Positions 36,003 to 45,206 of a DNA stretch of 64,000 nt are shown here, in pieces; the stretch's first letter is position 1; each line of letters opens with the position of its first letter. The stretch comes from Flavobacteriales bacterium (lineage in GTDB: Bacteria > Bacteroidota > Bacteroidia > Flavobacteriales_D > Sanyastnellaceae), in contig JBELLK010000007.1 in NCBI GenBank assembly GCA_042088625.1, forward strand, positions 945-64,944. Reading direction: 5' to 3'. The notes beneath the pieces were generated by a model, which was not told the origin of the DNA, did no database searches, and saw only the letters and a list, made by a program, of their open reading frames with translations. A program made the position numbers and the translations under genes.

Positions 36003-37094
36003 TCAGGAATCGTCGTGCTCCCGGGCCTCCATGCTTTGGGTCAGCGCCTTGGCCCATTGGAATTCCTGCAAAAATTCCTTGGCCACAATGCGAAACAGCG
36101 TGTACGTGGGGATGGCCAGGACCATGCCTCCTGCACCTGCCACGGAGCCGGCAACGGAGATGACCACAAAGATTTCGAGGGGATGCGCGAACACGCGTTT
36201 GGCAAAAATCACAGGTTGGGTGAATACGTTGTCGACCCCTTGGGCAGCCAAGTACACAGCCAGGGCCCACCCAAAGTCATGCCAAGGGACGCCGCTCGAA
36301 ATCATGACGAGCACCCCGGTACCCAAGCCCAAAATCGGCCCCATGTACGGGATCAGATTGAACAACCCTGCAAGCAATCCCAGGAGCCATCCGTGCGGGA
36401 TTCCGAGCAAGGTCAACCCCAGGCCCACCACGATTGTCACAATGCTCACTTGAATCACCAATCCCCCAAAATAGCGGGTCAGCAAACGACCAGACCTTTC
36501 GAAAATCCTCGTCATCGCGGGGCGTTTGGTTTCTGGCGTAAGTCCAAGCACCAAATCCGTGAACAAGGTGGGTTCGCGCATCAGGAAAAACGCCATGAAC
36601 ACCACCGAGAACGTCGTGACAAACACATTTCCGATGGAGGACAAAATGCCAGAAAACATTGAGCCAGCATCGTCAAGGCGAATGAGTTCCAGAGCTTGTT
36701 CAGCCAAATACGCGCTGTTGGTCTGGCCTTCACCACTCAGATCCACGCCTGTGGTCCAATCGTCAACCAGTGCGAGTGCTTGGTTCCAATGTCGCATCAA
36801 TTGAGCGGCATCGAGTCGGGAAAGGGCTGCAATTTGTTCTTGAACCAAAGGGGCAAAAAGCATGACGACACCTGTGGAGATCAACGCCATCAACGTCAAG
36901 GCGGCAGCAGCGCCCAGATTGTGACCGACGGGGCGACGTGCAATCCGTTTTTGGGCCACCCAAGAGACAACGGGCTTCCCGATGAAACTCAAGGCCACTG
37001 CGGCGAGGAAATAGAGCGTCAGCGATTGAAATCGCCAGACAAACGCCACCACGAGGGCACCGGCGATCCACCATTGCCAACGGCCTTTGTTCAT
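36003..37094 (-). CDS. AI-2E (PerM/UPF0118) family transporter
   Basis: Start at ATG 37094 (MNKGRWQWWIAGALVV...), forming an ATGA overlap with the upstream stop. Typical LFNLIPYMGPILG motif. Confidence 0.85.
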   Translation of the reverse strand: MNKGRWQWWIAGALVVAFVWRFQSLTLYFLAAVALSFIGKPVVSWVAQKRIARRPVGHNLGAAAALTLMALISTGVVMLFAPLVQEQIAALSRLDAAQLMRHWNQALALVDDWTTGVDLSGEGQTNSAYLAEQALELIRLDDAGSMFSGILSSIGNVFVTTFSVVFMAFFLMREPTLFTDLVLGLTPETKRPAMTRIFERSGRLLTRYFGGLVIQVSIVTIVVGLGLTLLGIPHGWLLGLLAGLFNLIPYMGPILGLGTGVLVMISSGVPWHDFGWALAVYLAAQGVDNVFTQPVIFAKRVFAHPLEIFVVISVAGSVAGAGGMVLAIPTYTLFRIVAKEFLQEFQWAKALTQSMEAREHDDS

Positions 37095-37585
37095 GCGAGC
37101 AACATGGATTTGGGGGTGAAGAGGCCACGAAGGCGTCCAGTTCCAGCAAAGGCCTCTTCCCAAGCATCGATGTGCAATTCAACCTCGGCAAGACCGCAAG
37201 TGGGCAGCCAAACAGGCTGGTCAGTCAAACGTTCCACCAATTCGCTCACGCCCGGGTTGTGACCCACAATCCATCCTTGGTCTGCGTCGTTGGGCCAAAG
37301 TCCAATCCAAGACAACCACGCCCTGTCTGAAGCGAGGTATGCGTCGTGTTGCAAATGGATGGAGGCTTCGGATTCGGACCATCCTTCGCACAATCGTTGG
37401 GCAGTTTGACGGGTCCGCGTGGCGGGACTGACCCACAAGGGGGCGCCAGTTTTCCGCGATTCTTTTGTCCAAAGTCCAAGTTTGAAGGCGTCGTCCATGC
37501 CGCGCTCAGTCAATGAACGAGAGGCGTCGGCCATGCCGTTGCCAGGCTCTGCCTTGCCATGCCGAAGGACAAACAACCGCTTCAT
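37091..37585 (-). CDS. sixA: SixA-type histidine phosphatase family protein
   Basis: Start at ATG 37585 (MKRLFVLRHGKAEPG; the RHG catalytic motif), with GHNPG later. Confidence 0.75.
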   Translation of the reverse strand: MKRLFVLRHGKAEPGNGMADASRSLTERGMDDAFKLGLWTKESRKTGAPLWVSPATRTRQTAQRLCEGWSESEASIHLQHDAYLASDRAWLSWIGLWPNDADQGWIVGHNPGVSELVERLTDQPVWLPTCGLAEVELHIDAWEEAFAGTGRLRGLFTPKSMLLA

Positions 37586-37634
37586 GTCCTCAAGGTCGGT
37601 CAAATGACGCAAGGTGCATTCGAGGAGAAGGGAT

Positions 37635-37660
37635 TAATTTTTAGCCGCGACTAAAAATTA
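37635..37660. promoter_or_regulatory. Perfect 10-6-10 palindrome TAATTTTTAG-CCGCGA-CTAAAAATTA, candidate DtxR-family operator
   Basis: Arms 37635-37644 and 37651-37660 are exact reverse complements. It lies 13 nt upstream of the -7 box of the DtxR-family regulator gene. Confidence 0.5.
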
Positions 37661-37672
37661 TAAAAGTTGCTC

Positions 37673-37680
37673 TACCTTTG
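37673..37680 (+). promoter_or_regulatory. -7 promoter box TACCTTTG, 4 nt before ATG 37685
   Basis: Exact TAnnTTTG match; the same 8-mer and spacing as at 6568 and 21491. Confidence 0.5.
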
Positions 37681-37684
37681 AGGC

Positions 37685-38338
37685 ATGTCAAGAAGCACCC
37701 AACGCGAAGACCACTTGAAGGCATTGTATGCGCTCGGTGCGAGGCAAGAAGGCGATTCAGATTGGGTTTCCACCAGCCAAATGGCGGCCCATCTAGGCGT
37801 CAAGCCCCCCAGTGTGACAGCCATGGTGCAGGTATTGACAGAATTGGGCTGGGCGGAACACCGCCCTTATCACGGCGCTCGTTTGACCCAAGCAGGAAGG
37901 ACGCTTGCCTTGTCTTTGGTTCGTAAACACCGCCTGTGGGAGACCTTTCTCGTGGAGCGTCTGGGATTTGACTGGGACGAAGTTCACGACATCGCCGAGC
38001 AACTGGAACATGTGGACAGCGTTGAGTTGGTCGCGCGCTTGGATGCGTATTTGGGCCATCCCACTGTCGATCCGCACGGCGATCCGATTCCCAAAGCCGA
38101 TGGCACCTTTCATCCACAGCGTGATGCCGTGCTTTTGGCTCAGCTCGAACCGACCCTCAATTGTGTTGTCACAGGAGTCAGGGGTGGTGATGACGGCACG
38201 TTGTCGGCGCTCAAAGGACGAGGCATCGGGTTGGGCAGTGTGTTGACTGCCCAAGAGATCCGCACATTGCCTGATGCGTGGCTGGCGCAGCTGTGGGTGC
38301 GCCCTGAATCCCCAACTGAATCTCAAGAACATGGATGA
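37685..38338 (+). CDS. DtxR/MntR-family metal-dependent transcriptional regulator with C-terminal FeoA/SH3-like domain
   Basis: 217 aa. REDHLKALYALG, HTH (TSQMAAHLGVKPPSVTAMVQVL), RKHRLWETFLVERLG, and metal ligands in DEVHDIAEQLEHV. Confidence 0.88.
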   Translation: MSRSTQREDHLKALYALGARQEGDSDWVSTSQMAAHLGVKPPSVTAMVQVLTELGWAEHRPYHGARLTQAGRTLALSLVRKHRLWETFLVERLGFDWDEVHDIAEQLEHVDSVELVARLDAYLGHPTVDPHGDPIPKADGTFHPQRDAVLLAQLEPTLNCVVTGVRGGDDGTLSALKGRGIGLGSVLTAQEIRTLPDAWLAQLWVRPESPTESQEHG

Positions 38339-39152
38339 ATTGATTGCTTGGTTTGAGGGCCTTGGCCCTGTGATGGCGGCCTTGGTGGCGACGTTGTTCA
38401 CGTGGGGAATGACCGCTGCGGGTGCAGCCCTGGTGTTTCCCTTCAGGACGATGAATCGCAGGTTGTTCGATGGCATGTTGGGCTTCACAGGTGGCGTTAT
38501 GGTGGCCGCAAGTTTTTGGTCGCTGCTTGCACCTGCCATTGACATGGTGGGGGGAGAGGGGTTTGCCAAAGTGGGGCCGCCAGCCATTGGATTTGCGTTA
38601 GGAGCTCTGTTCATTTATGGACTTGACAAACTCACGCCGCACTTGCACATCAACTTCAAAAAAGAGGAGGCAGAGGGCCCCAAGACCAATTGGCATCGGA
38701 CCACGCTGCTGGTGTTGGCGATCACGTTGCACAACATCCCCGAGGGACTCGCTGTGGGCGTGTTGTTTGGCGGGGCGGCGCTGGGCTTGGATGGGGCAAC
38801 CACGGCAGGTGCAGTTGCGCTGGCCATTGGCATTGGCATTCAAAACTTTCCTGAAGGCTTGTCGGTCAGCATGCCGCTCCGACGCGAAGGCGTTTCTCGT
38901 GGCAAGGCATGGTGGTACGGTCAACTGTCGGCCGTCGTGGAACCCGTTGCAGGGGTTGTTGGGGCTTTCGCCGTCATGGCCATGCGTCCCATCCTTCCTT
39001 ATGCGCTGGCATTTGCCGCAGGTGCCATGATTTACGTGGTGGTGGAAGAGGTCATTCCTGAGACCCAGCGAGACAAATACACCGACGTCGCCACCCTCGG
39101 GTTCATCGGTGGTTTCATTGTCATGATGTCACTGGACGTGGGGTTGGGCTGA
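38331..39152 (+). CDS. ZIP-family divalent metal transporter
   Basis: Start at ATG 38331, overlapping the regulator stop by 8 nt. ZIP signature (LHNIPEGLAVG, a second IQNFPEGL), about 8 TM segments. Confidence 0.85.
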   Translation: MDELIAWFEGLGPVMAALVATLFTWGMTAAGAALVFPFRTMNRRLFDGMLGFTGGVMVAASFWSLLAPAIDMVGGEGFAKVGPPAIGFALGALFIYGLDKLTPHLHINFKKEEAEGPKTNWHRTTLLVLAITLHNIPEGLAVGVLFGGAALGLDGATTAGAVALAIGIGIQNFPEGLSVSMPLRREGVSRGKAWWYGQLSAVVEPVAGVVGAFAVMAMRPILPYALAFAAGAMIYVVVEEVIPETQRDKYTDVATLGFIGGFIVMMSLDVGLG

Positions 39153-40497
39153 ACTCCACACCACCAAAGCGTCCACTGCTCATCATCAACAGCACGTGAT
39201 TTTGAGCAGGCACCTCTTCAAGGCGCTTTTGGAGCTTTGCTTTGTCCGTGATCACCTCGAGAGTGTCACGCCCAAAGGCCTCCCGCACAAATTCAACATC
39301 CAATGCCGGAAGCCGCTTGTGATTCACCACTTCGGGGTCATAGTACACCACCGCGTGATCCACGTCATTCATGGCATCCCGGTACTGAGGAATGAATGCG
39401 CGATTCAAGCTGCTGAAGGTGTGCAGTTCAAACACAGCTGTGACGCCCTGGTCCGGGAACTGACCGACGACGGAGGCTTGTGTGGCGCGGAGTTTGGAGG
39501 GGGCATGGGCAAAATCGCGAAAGGCCCAGAAGGCCGCCTTAGTGTCTTCGTGCATGACCTCAAGCCTTCTGGCCGCTCCCGTAAAGTCGATCATGTGTCG
39601 GTCGAAATCCGAACGCGCCATGCCCATCGCTTCGCAGCAACACCTGGCCGCGACTAGATTTTGCATGTTGTGGGCCCCGAGCAAGGCCATGTCCAACGAC
39701 GCGCCGTCGTCAAAGGTCACTCGACTGCCGTTTGAGGTGGGGGTGTGGTCAGGCGTTGTGTAACCAATCCACTGGAGGTCAGGACGCTTGGTTTTCATGT
39801 CGTCCACCACGCCATTGAGCAAAGTGTCTTCAGTGCAATGCACCACGGTTCCTTGGGCCTCCACGGTCTGGAGATAGAGTCGGAATTGATCGATGTAGTT
39901 CTCCTCCGTTGGGAACACATTCACGTGGTCCCATGCAATGCCTGTGATCACGGTGACGTGGGGGCCATACCAGAGGAATTTGGGCCTCATGTCAATGGGG
40001 CTGCTCAAGTACTCATCGCCCTCGATGACAGCCCATTCATGGTCAGCATGAAGGTCCACCATGCGGTCAAACCCGTCCAATTGCGCACCCACCATCAAGT
40101 CGGTGGGTCGACCTTCTTTGCGCATGGCGTGAAGGATCATGGAGGTGACGGTGGTTTTTCCGTGGCTGCCTGCCACGACCATGCGCTTTTTGTCGGCAGT
40201 GGCAAACCGCAAAAATTCGGGGTAACTCTGGATGGTCAATCCCAATTCTTCGGCCCGCAGCAGTTCCGGATTGTCGGACCTGGCGTGCATGCCGAGGATG
40301 ACGACGTCAATGTCTTTGGTGAGGCGGTCCATGTGCCAGCCTTCTTGTGATGGCAGCAGGCCAGCACGTTCAAGGCGTCCTCGGCTGGGCTCAAAGATTT
40401 GGTCGTCGCTGCCCGTCACCTCGTGGCCGGCATCCGACAGGGCAAGGGCAAAGTTGTGCATGGCGCTTCCGCCGATCGCGATGAGATGAATCCGCAT
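39121..40497 (-). CDS. mpl: Mur-ligase family enzyme, Mpl-like (UDP-N-acetylmuramate:tripeptide ligase)
   Basis: Start at ATG 40497 (MRIHLIAIGGSAMHNFALALSDAGHEVTGSD), with P-loop AGSHGKTTVTSM. Confidence 0.8.
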   Translation of the reverse strand: MRIHLIAIGGSAMHNFALALSDAGHEVTGSDDQIFEPSRGRLERAGLLPSQEGWHMDRLTKDIDVVILGMHARSDNPELLRAEELGLTIQSYPEFLRFATADKKRMVVAGSHGKTTVTSMILHAMRKEGRPTDLMVGAQLDGFDRMVDLHADHEWAVIEGDEYLSSPIDMRPKFLWYGPHVTVITGIAWDHVNVFPTEENYIDQFRLYLQTVEAQGTVVHCTEDTLLNGVVDDMKTKRPDLQWIGYTTPDHTPTSNGSRVTFDDGASLDMALLGAHNMQNLVAARCCCEAMGMARSDFDRHMIDFTGAARRLEVMHEDTKAAFWAFRDFAHAPSKLRATQASVVGQFPDQGVTAVFELHTFSSLNRAFIPQYRDAMNDVDHAVVYYDPEVVNHKRLPALDVEFVREAFGRDTLEVITDKAKLQKRLEEVPAQNHVLLMMSSGRFGGVEFSPTPRPVTS

Positions 40498-40565
40498 GAA
40501 GGAAAGTTCACATCTTTTCAGCGGTGGATGAGGTGAGGTGCAGCACACTTTCTCACATTCGCACC

Positions 40566-41324
40566 ATGAGAACCTTCACCTTGGCAAGACAATGGCACCG
40601 AGAGGCGTGGTCCCTGTTGCATGGGCCGTTGAAGTGGTGGTTTTTGCCCGCAGCAGCGTTGACACTGGCGCTGTCTGCTTTGGGCTGGTGGGGCATCTCT
40701 GCCCTCGCGCTGTCTGTCGCAGATGCGGTCGTGAATCGAATGGCACCAGAGCACGAGGCAGGGTGGGCCAAGGTGGCGTTAGAGTGGCTCGTGTGGCTTG
40801 TGTTGTTGGCGGTCAAGCTGAAATTGACCAAGTACATTGTGCTTGTGGTCATGGGGCCTTTGTTTGCTGCCGTGAGTGAAGCCGTAGAAGCCCAAATCCG
40901 TGGCCACAACGCTCCGTTTTCACTGCGCCGATGGATTCGCGACACCTTGAGGGGAATGCGTTCGGCGGTTTGGTTGGCGTTGTTTGAGTGGACGGTGGTG
41001 GCCTTGCTTTGGATTGTGGGGCTCTTGGTTCCTGTGCTGAGTCCCTTCACGTTGACGTTGGCATGGCTGGTTGGGGCATGGGCGTATGGAGCGTCGGTCA
41101 TGGATTACGTCTGGGAGCGACAAGGCAAGGGGGCGCTTTCAGGTTGGCGCTCGTCGCTTCGACGTCTGGACGTGGCATTTGCGTGTGGCGTGCCGTTTTC
41201 GCTTTGGATGTCCATCCCGGTATTGGCTTGGACGGTGGGGCCATTGATGGGAGGGATGGGAGCCACCGCCGCGGCAAGTGTGGCCTTGACAGATCACGAG
41301 GATCGTCAGCCGGCAACCACCTGA
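40566..41324 (+). CDS. Integral membrane protein, EI24/CysZ-like
   Basis: Start at ATG 40566. Multiple TM helices with a spacing I associate with EI24-domain proteins. Recognition from memory only. Confidence 0.45.
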   Translation: MRTFTLARQWHREAWSLLHGPLKWWFLPAAALTLALSALGWWGISALALSVADAVVNRMAPEHEAGWAKVALEWLVWLVLLAVKLKLTKYIVLVVMGPLFAAVSEAVEAQIRGHNAPFSLRRWIRDTLRGMRSAVWLALFEWTVVALLWIVGLLVPVLSPFTLTLAWLVGAWAYGASVMDYVWERQGKGALSGWRSSLRRLDVAFACGVPFSLWMSIPVLAWTVGPLMGGMGATAAASVALTDHEDRQPATT

Positions 41325-42595
41325 ACCTTCACCCCGAGGGCCTCGAGGTCGTCGAAGAATGCAGGGTAGCTTTTGGCCACGGCTTCGGCACCTTCAATCT
41401 CGACAGGCGCCCCCGCCGCCCCAAACAGGGCCGCCGCCATGGCCATGCGGTGATCTCCGTGTGACGACATCCGGCCGCGTTTCACCTCTCCAGGAAAAAC
41501 CGTCATGCTGTCGTCTGCTTCATTGAGTTCGACCTTGATTCCGACCTTGGCCCATTCTTGCTGAATCGCCACGCCTCGGTTGGATTCCTTGTTGGCCAGG
41601 CGGTGCAAGCCCTTGAGCGTGCTGGGTTTTTTGGCAAATGCGGCCAGAGCGGCGAGCGGCGGAAACAGGTCTGGACAATCGGTCAAATCGGCATTGAAGG
41701 CCTTGGGTTGGCCGGCCATCACTTGAACTCCCTCGTCGGTTCCTGCAAGCCGACAACCGCCAAACAACAAGATGCCCTTGATGCTTTCGTCCGCCTGGGT
41801 GTAAGCGTTGTCAAGGCCCTCCACATTCAGGTGATGAGGTGCACAGAGCAATCCAAGGGCCATCAGAAACGCCGCGGCGGACCAATCTCCATCTACGGCG
41901 GAATCCATGGCTGTGGCCCGTTGTCCGCCCGGAATGCGAACGCGCATGACGCGGCTTTCGTCTTCCAAAACCTCCACTTCAATGCCCATGTCTTCGAGGA
42001 CTTCGAGTGTCATTTGAAGGTAGGGGCGGCTGACAACATTTTCGACCTTGAGTTCGGAATCCGATTGGGCATGGGCCAGGGCGCACAACAGGCCGCTCAG
42101 CACTTGGCTGCTGCCCCCGCTGTCGATGGACACGTGGCCCCCTTGAAGCGGTCCTTCGATTTGGAGCGAATCACCCGGCGCAGTGCCTCGAACGGTCACG
42201 CCAAATGACTTTAAAGTGGCAGCAAGGCCAGACATGTCTCGGTTCAGCAACGTGCCTTCGCGTTGAAACGCGAGGGGGGCGTCATGGAGTGAGGACAGGA
42301 CGCCAAACATGCGCAACCCAAGGCCTGATTCGCCTGGGTTCAACGTGTCGGTTCGCGGCGTGAGTGGGAAGTTCCCATGGATGGCGACTGCGTCGTCACC
42401 AAGTTCGATCTCGGCCCCAAGTTGGGCAGCCATCATCAAAGCATTGGTGCAGTCGTCGCATTCGGAGGGCCTTCGGATCATGGTGCGTCCTTGGGCCATC
42501 ATGGCCACGGCGATCATCCGTTGCATCACGCTCTTGCTTGGCGGCGCCCAAATGGTGTCACCCGTCAGTTTGCCTGGGAACACACGAAGAATCAT
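41306..42595 (-). CDS. aroA: 3-phosphoshikimate 1-carboxyvinyltransferase (EPSP synthase)
   Basis: 429 aa with APPSKSVMQRM, DGDWSAAAF, ESNRG and GDHRMAMAAAL. Confidence 0.9.
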   Translation of the reverse strand: MILRVFPGKLTGDTIWAPPSKSVMQRMIAVAMMAQGRTMIRRPSECDDCTNALMMAAQLGAEIELGDDAVAIHGNFPLTPRTDTLNPGESGLGLRMFGVLSSLHDAPLAFQREGTLLNRDMSGLAATLKSFGVTVRGTAPGDSLQIEGPLQGGHVSIDSGGSSQVLSGLLCALAHAQSDSELKVENVVSRPYLQMTLEVLEDMGIEVEVLEDESRVMRVRIPGGQRATAMDSAVDGDWSAAAFLMALGLLCAPHHLNVEGLDNAYTQADESIKGILLFGGCRLAGTDEGVQVMAGQPKAFNADLTDCPDLFPPLAALAAFAKKPSTLKGLHRLANKESNRGVAIQQEWAKVGIKVELNEADDSMTVFPGEVKRGRMSSHGDHRMAMAAALFGAAGAPVEIEGAEAVAKSYPAFFDDLEALGVKVQVVAG

Positions 42596-43335
42596 GCTTG
42601 CGGCTTGCGTCCGGTGTAGATGGTGGCAATGCCTCCTGTCAGGCTTTGGGCTTTCACATCGACGTAGCCCGACTTGCGCATTTCATCCAAAAAGGCATCG
42701 CCTTCAGGGAAAGCCTGCACGCTCTCAGGAAGGTAGGTGTACGCCGCAGGGTCTTTGCTCACCCATTTTCCCACGGTGGGCATGATGTGCTTGAAGTACA
42801 ATCCAAACGCCTGTTTGATGGGAAAGTGCTTGGGTTTGCTGAATTCGAGGATCAACCCCATGGCTCCAGGCTTCAGGACGCGAAGCATGTCCTGAAGACC
42901 GCCTTGCAAATCTTCAAAGTTGCGGACGCCAAACGCCACCGTGAATGCATCGAACGAACCGTCGTCAAATGGCAAGGACACTGAATCGCCTTGGATGAGT
43001 TCAATGCGGTCGTTCCATCCACGCGCTGCAATTTTCTCACGGCCGACATCGAGCATGCCTGCACTGATGTCCACGCCTGTGACGTGCACATTCAACCCCA
43101 TTCTCACGGCCTCGATGGCGAAGTCAGCCGTGCCGGTGGCCACATCGAGAAGTGTCTCAGGCTGCTCCTTGCGCAAGATTCGAATGCATGCTTTGCGCCA
43201 AAGCACGTCAATGCCCAGTGAAAAGAAGTGGTTGAGGAAGTCGTAGCGGTGCGCAATGCCATCAAACATGCGGGCCACTTGGTTCTTTTTGGCTTCCTGT
43301 TCAGGGGTGACGTAGGGGGTGATGCGTGTGCCCAT
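42592..43335 (-). CDS. ubiE: Demethylmenaquinone/ubiquinone C-methyltransferase
   Basis: Start at ATG 43335 (MGTRITPYVTPEQEAKKNQVARMFDGIAHRYDFLN), with SAM motif LLDVATGTADFA. ATGA overlap with aroA. Confidence 0.92.
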   Translation of the reverse strand: MGTRITPYVTPEQEAKKNQVARMFDGIAHRYDFLNHFFSLGIDVLWRKACIRILRKEQPETLLDVATGTADFAIEAVRMGLNVHVTGVDISAGMLDVGREKIAARGWNDRIELIQGDSVSLPFDDGSFDAFTVAFGVRNFEDLQGGLQDMLRVLKPGAMGLILEFSKPKHFPIKQAFGLYFKHIMPTVGKWVSKDPAAYTYLPESVQAFPEGDAFLDEMRKSGYVDVKAQSLTGGIATIYTGRKPQA

Positions 43336-43382
43336 GGCTGAGGTTTGGCCCAAAGATGGTTCAGGGTTTCCGGCAGTCCGCC

Positions 43383-45206
43383 TCATCCCACCATGGTGTG
43401 GCCTTCTGGGTATTTGAAATGAGAATGCGAGGTGCGTCCGCCCACTGCGAAGGCGACGGTCAGGGTGCCAACACGTCCGACAAACATGGCCAAGGAAAGG
43501 ACAACCTTGCCCCATCCGCTCAATGCTGGTGTCAAGCCCGTGCTCAACCCCACAGTGCCCATGGCGCTGACGTGCTCAAAGGCAAGGTCAAAAAACGTGG
43601 CGTCTCCACTGGCCAACAATGCCCCTTCGGTGAGGGTCAGCACAAACACCCCCACCAAGTTGCCCACGAGGAAAAACAGCAGCACGCTGTAGGCTCGGGA
43701 TCGAAGGACAGGCCCGATGGAGCGCTTGAACAATTGAACGTGATCTCCGCCACGCACGGTGCGCCAAACGTCCGCCAGCACGATTGCAAGGGTGGAGGTT
43801 TTGATGCCGCCTCCCGTCGAACTTGATGAGGCCCCGATGAACATCAACACCAACAAAAGGAACAGCATGGGCATGCCCACGGCGGCAATGTCCACGGTGT
43901 TGAATCCGCTGGTGCGGGTGACGCTTTGGAACACCGAGGTCGTGAACTTCCCAAACCACGACATGCCTTCCATCGTTCCATTCCATTCGAGAGCGGCAAA
44001 CGCCAAAGTCCCGAGACCCACCAGAACCAGAGAGAAGTAGAGGGCGATTTTGGCAGGGAAGGAAATCGTCTTCCAGGGTTGCTGCATGCGCTCTCGGAGC
44101 TTGCTCACATCGAACAAGTCAAACATGGCCACCATGCCCAAGGCGCCCAAAAACACGAGCACTGTGATCACCCAATGCACGAGCCAATTGTGGGCCACCC
44201 ATGGATGAGCGAGTCCGTCAGTGAACAGGGTGATGCCCGCGTTGTTGAAGGCAGAGACGCTGTGAAACACGGAAGAGAAGATCCGCTCACCCCAATGGGC
44301 AAATGGCACCTCTGGCGACCACAGGGCCATCAAGGCCGCAGCGCCAATGGCCTCCAGCCCCAAACACCACATCACCACCTTTCCCAGGGACCCGGAGCTG
44401 CCAAGCAAATTGTCGCTGTTGACGAAGTCTTCAATCACTTCGTGTTGTTTGACGGCCACCCCAAATTTGGATGCCAAAGCCAAAAAGCTGCCAAAGGCAA
44501 TGAAGTTCAACCCACCAAGCTGAATCAAGAAGAGCAACACCCAATGTCCTTTGGCGGTGAAGTAGGTCATGGTGTCCACGCTCATCAGTCCAGTCACACA
44601 TGTGGCGCTCGTGGCGGTGAAAAACGCATCTACAAGCGGCATGCCTCCTGCGATGGTGGTCATCTCAGGCATGCTCAACAGCCAGGTTCCCACACCGATG
44701 AGCACGACAAAGCTCAAAATGAAGATGACCGCAGGGTGCAAACGGACGCGAGGTAGCCTGGATCCAGGTCGCATCCATTCCAACAGCACGGCCACAAACA
44801 AATACCCTTGCACCATGAAGGTGCTGAAGTCTCCGATGCTCGGCATCAGGGTGGCCAGGCCTCGACCCAATGGAGGCGCACCAAACAGCACGTCCCCGGT
44901 GCCTTCCACCAGCAACACCAACATCACCAACCCTTCTGCCCACGTTTCGCGGAAAAACGTTTTGGGATGGAAGTGGTAGAGCACACGTACGCCGTAGTGG
45001 AGCACATAGAAAGCAAAGCTGAATTTGACCGCATCGAACAAACGCGTGGCCGTCTCAACGTCGTGGTCGTAGCCATAGTAAATCGCCAGCACGGAGAGCG
45101 CAGTGAGGTTGACCAGCAAGGTGAGCCACTGAAAGGCACCGAGCACGCGTTCTTTGCTGTCGTACAGCCAAACGTTGACGCGCTCTCTGAACGACTTGAG
45201 TGTCAT
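43383..45206 (-). CDS. trkH: TrkH/KtrB-family potassium uptake permease (long Bacteroidota form)
   Basis: 607 aa with pore-loop motifs ATSATCVTGL, AFNNAGI, TRTSGFNTVD and STGGGIKT. Confidence 0.85.
   Translation of the reverse strand: MTLKSFRERVNVWLYDSKERVLGAFQWLTLLVNLTALSVLAIYYGYDHDVETATRLFDAVKFSFAFYVLHYGVRVLYHFHPKTFFRETWAEGLVMLVLLVEGTGDVLFGAPPLGRGLATLMPSIGDFSTFMVQGYLFVAVLLEWMRPGSRLPRVRLHPAVIFILSFVVLIGVGTWLLSMPEMTTIAGGMPLVDAFFTATSATCVTGLMSVDTMTYFTAKGHWVLLFLIQLGGLNFIAFGSFLALASKFGVAVKQHEVIEDFVNSDNLLGSSGSLGKVVMWCLGLEAIGAAALMALWSPEVPFAHWGERIFSSVFHSVSAFNNAGITLFTDGLAHPWVAHNWLVHWVITVLVFLGALGMVAMFDLFDVSKLRERMQQPWKTISFPAKIALYFSLVLVGLGTLAFAALEWNGTMEGMSWFGKFTTSVFQSVTRTSGFNTVDIAAVGMPMLFLLLVLMFIGASSSSTGGGIKTSTLAIVLADVWRTVRGGDHVQLFKRSIGPVLRSRAYSVLLFFLVGNLVGVFVLTLTEGALLASGDATFFDLAFEHVSAMGTVGLSTGLTPALSGWGKVVLSLAMFVGRVGTLTVAFAVGGRTSHSHFKYPEGHTMVG

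Noticed and set aside
43336-43515. Long N-terminal extensions offered by the ORF track. Examples are ubiE from 43515, paaA from 26323, recR from 48858, the SSS transporter from 49049, the AI-2E transporter from 37163 and the OMP gene from 32945.
   Set aside because: The extensions overlap neighbouring genes or terminators and lack conserved sequence. Internal ATGs give N-termini that match the family norm, or a signal peptide, or sit next to -7 boxes or ATGA junctions.
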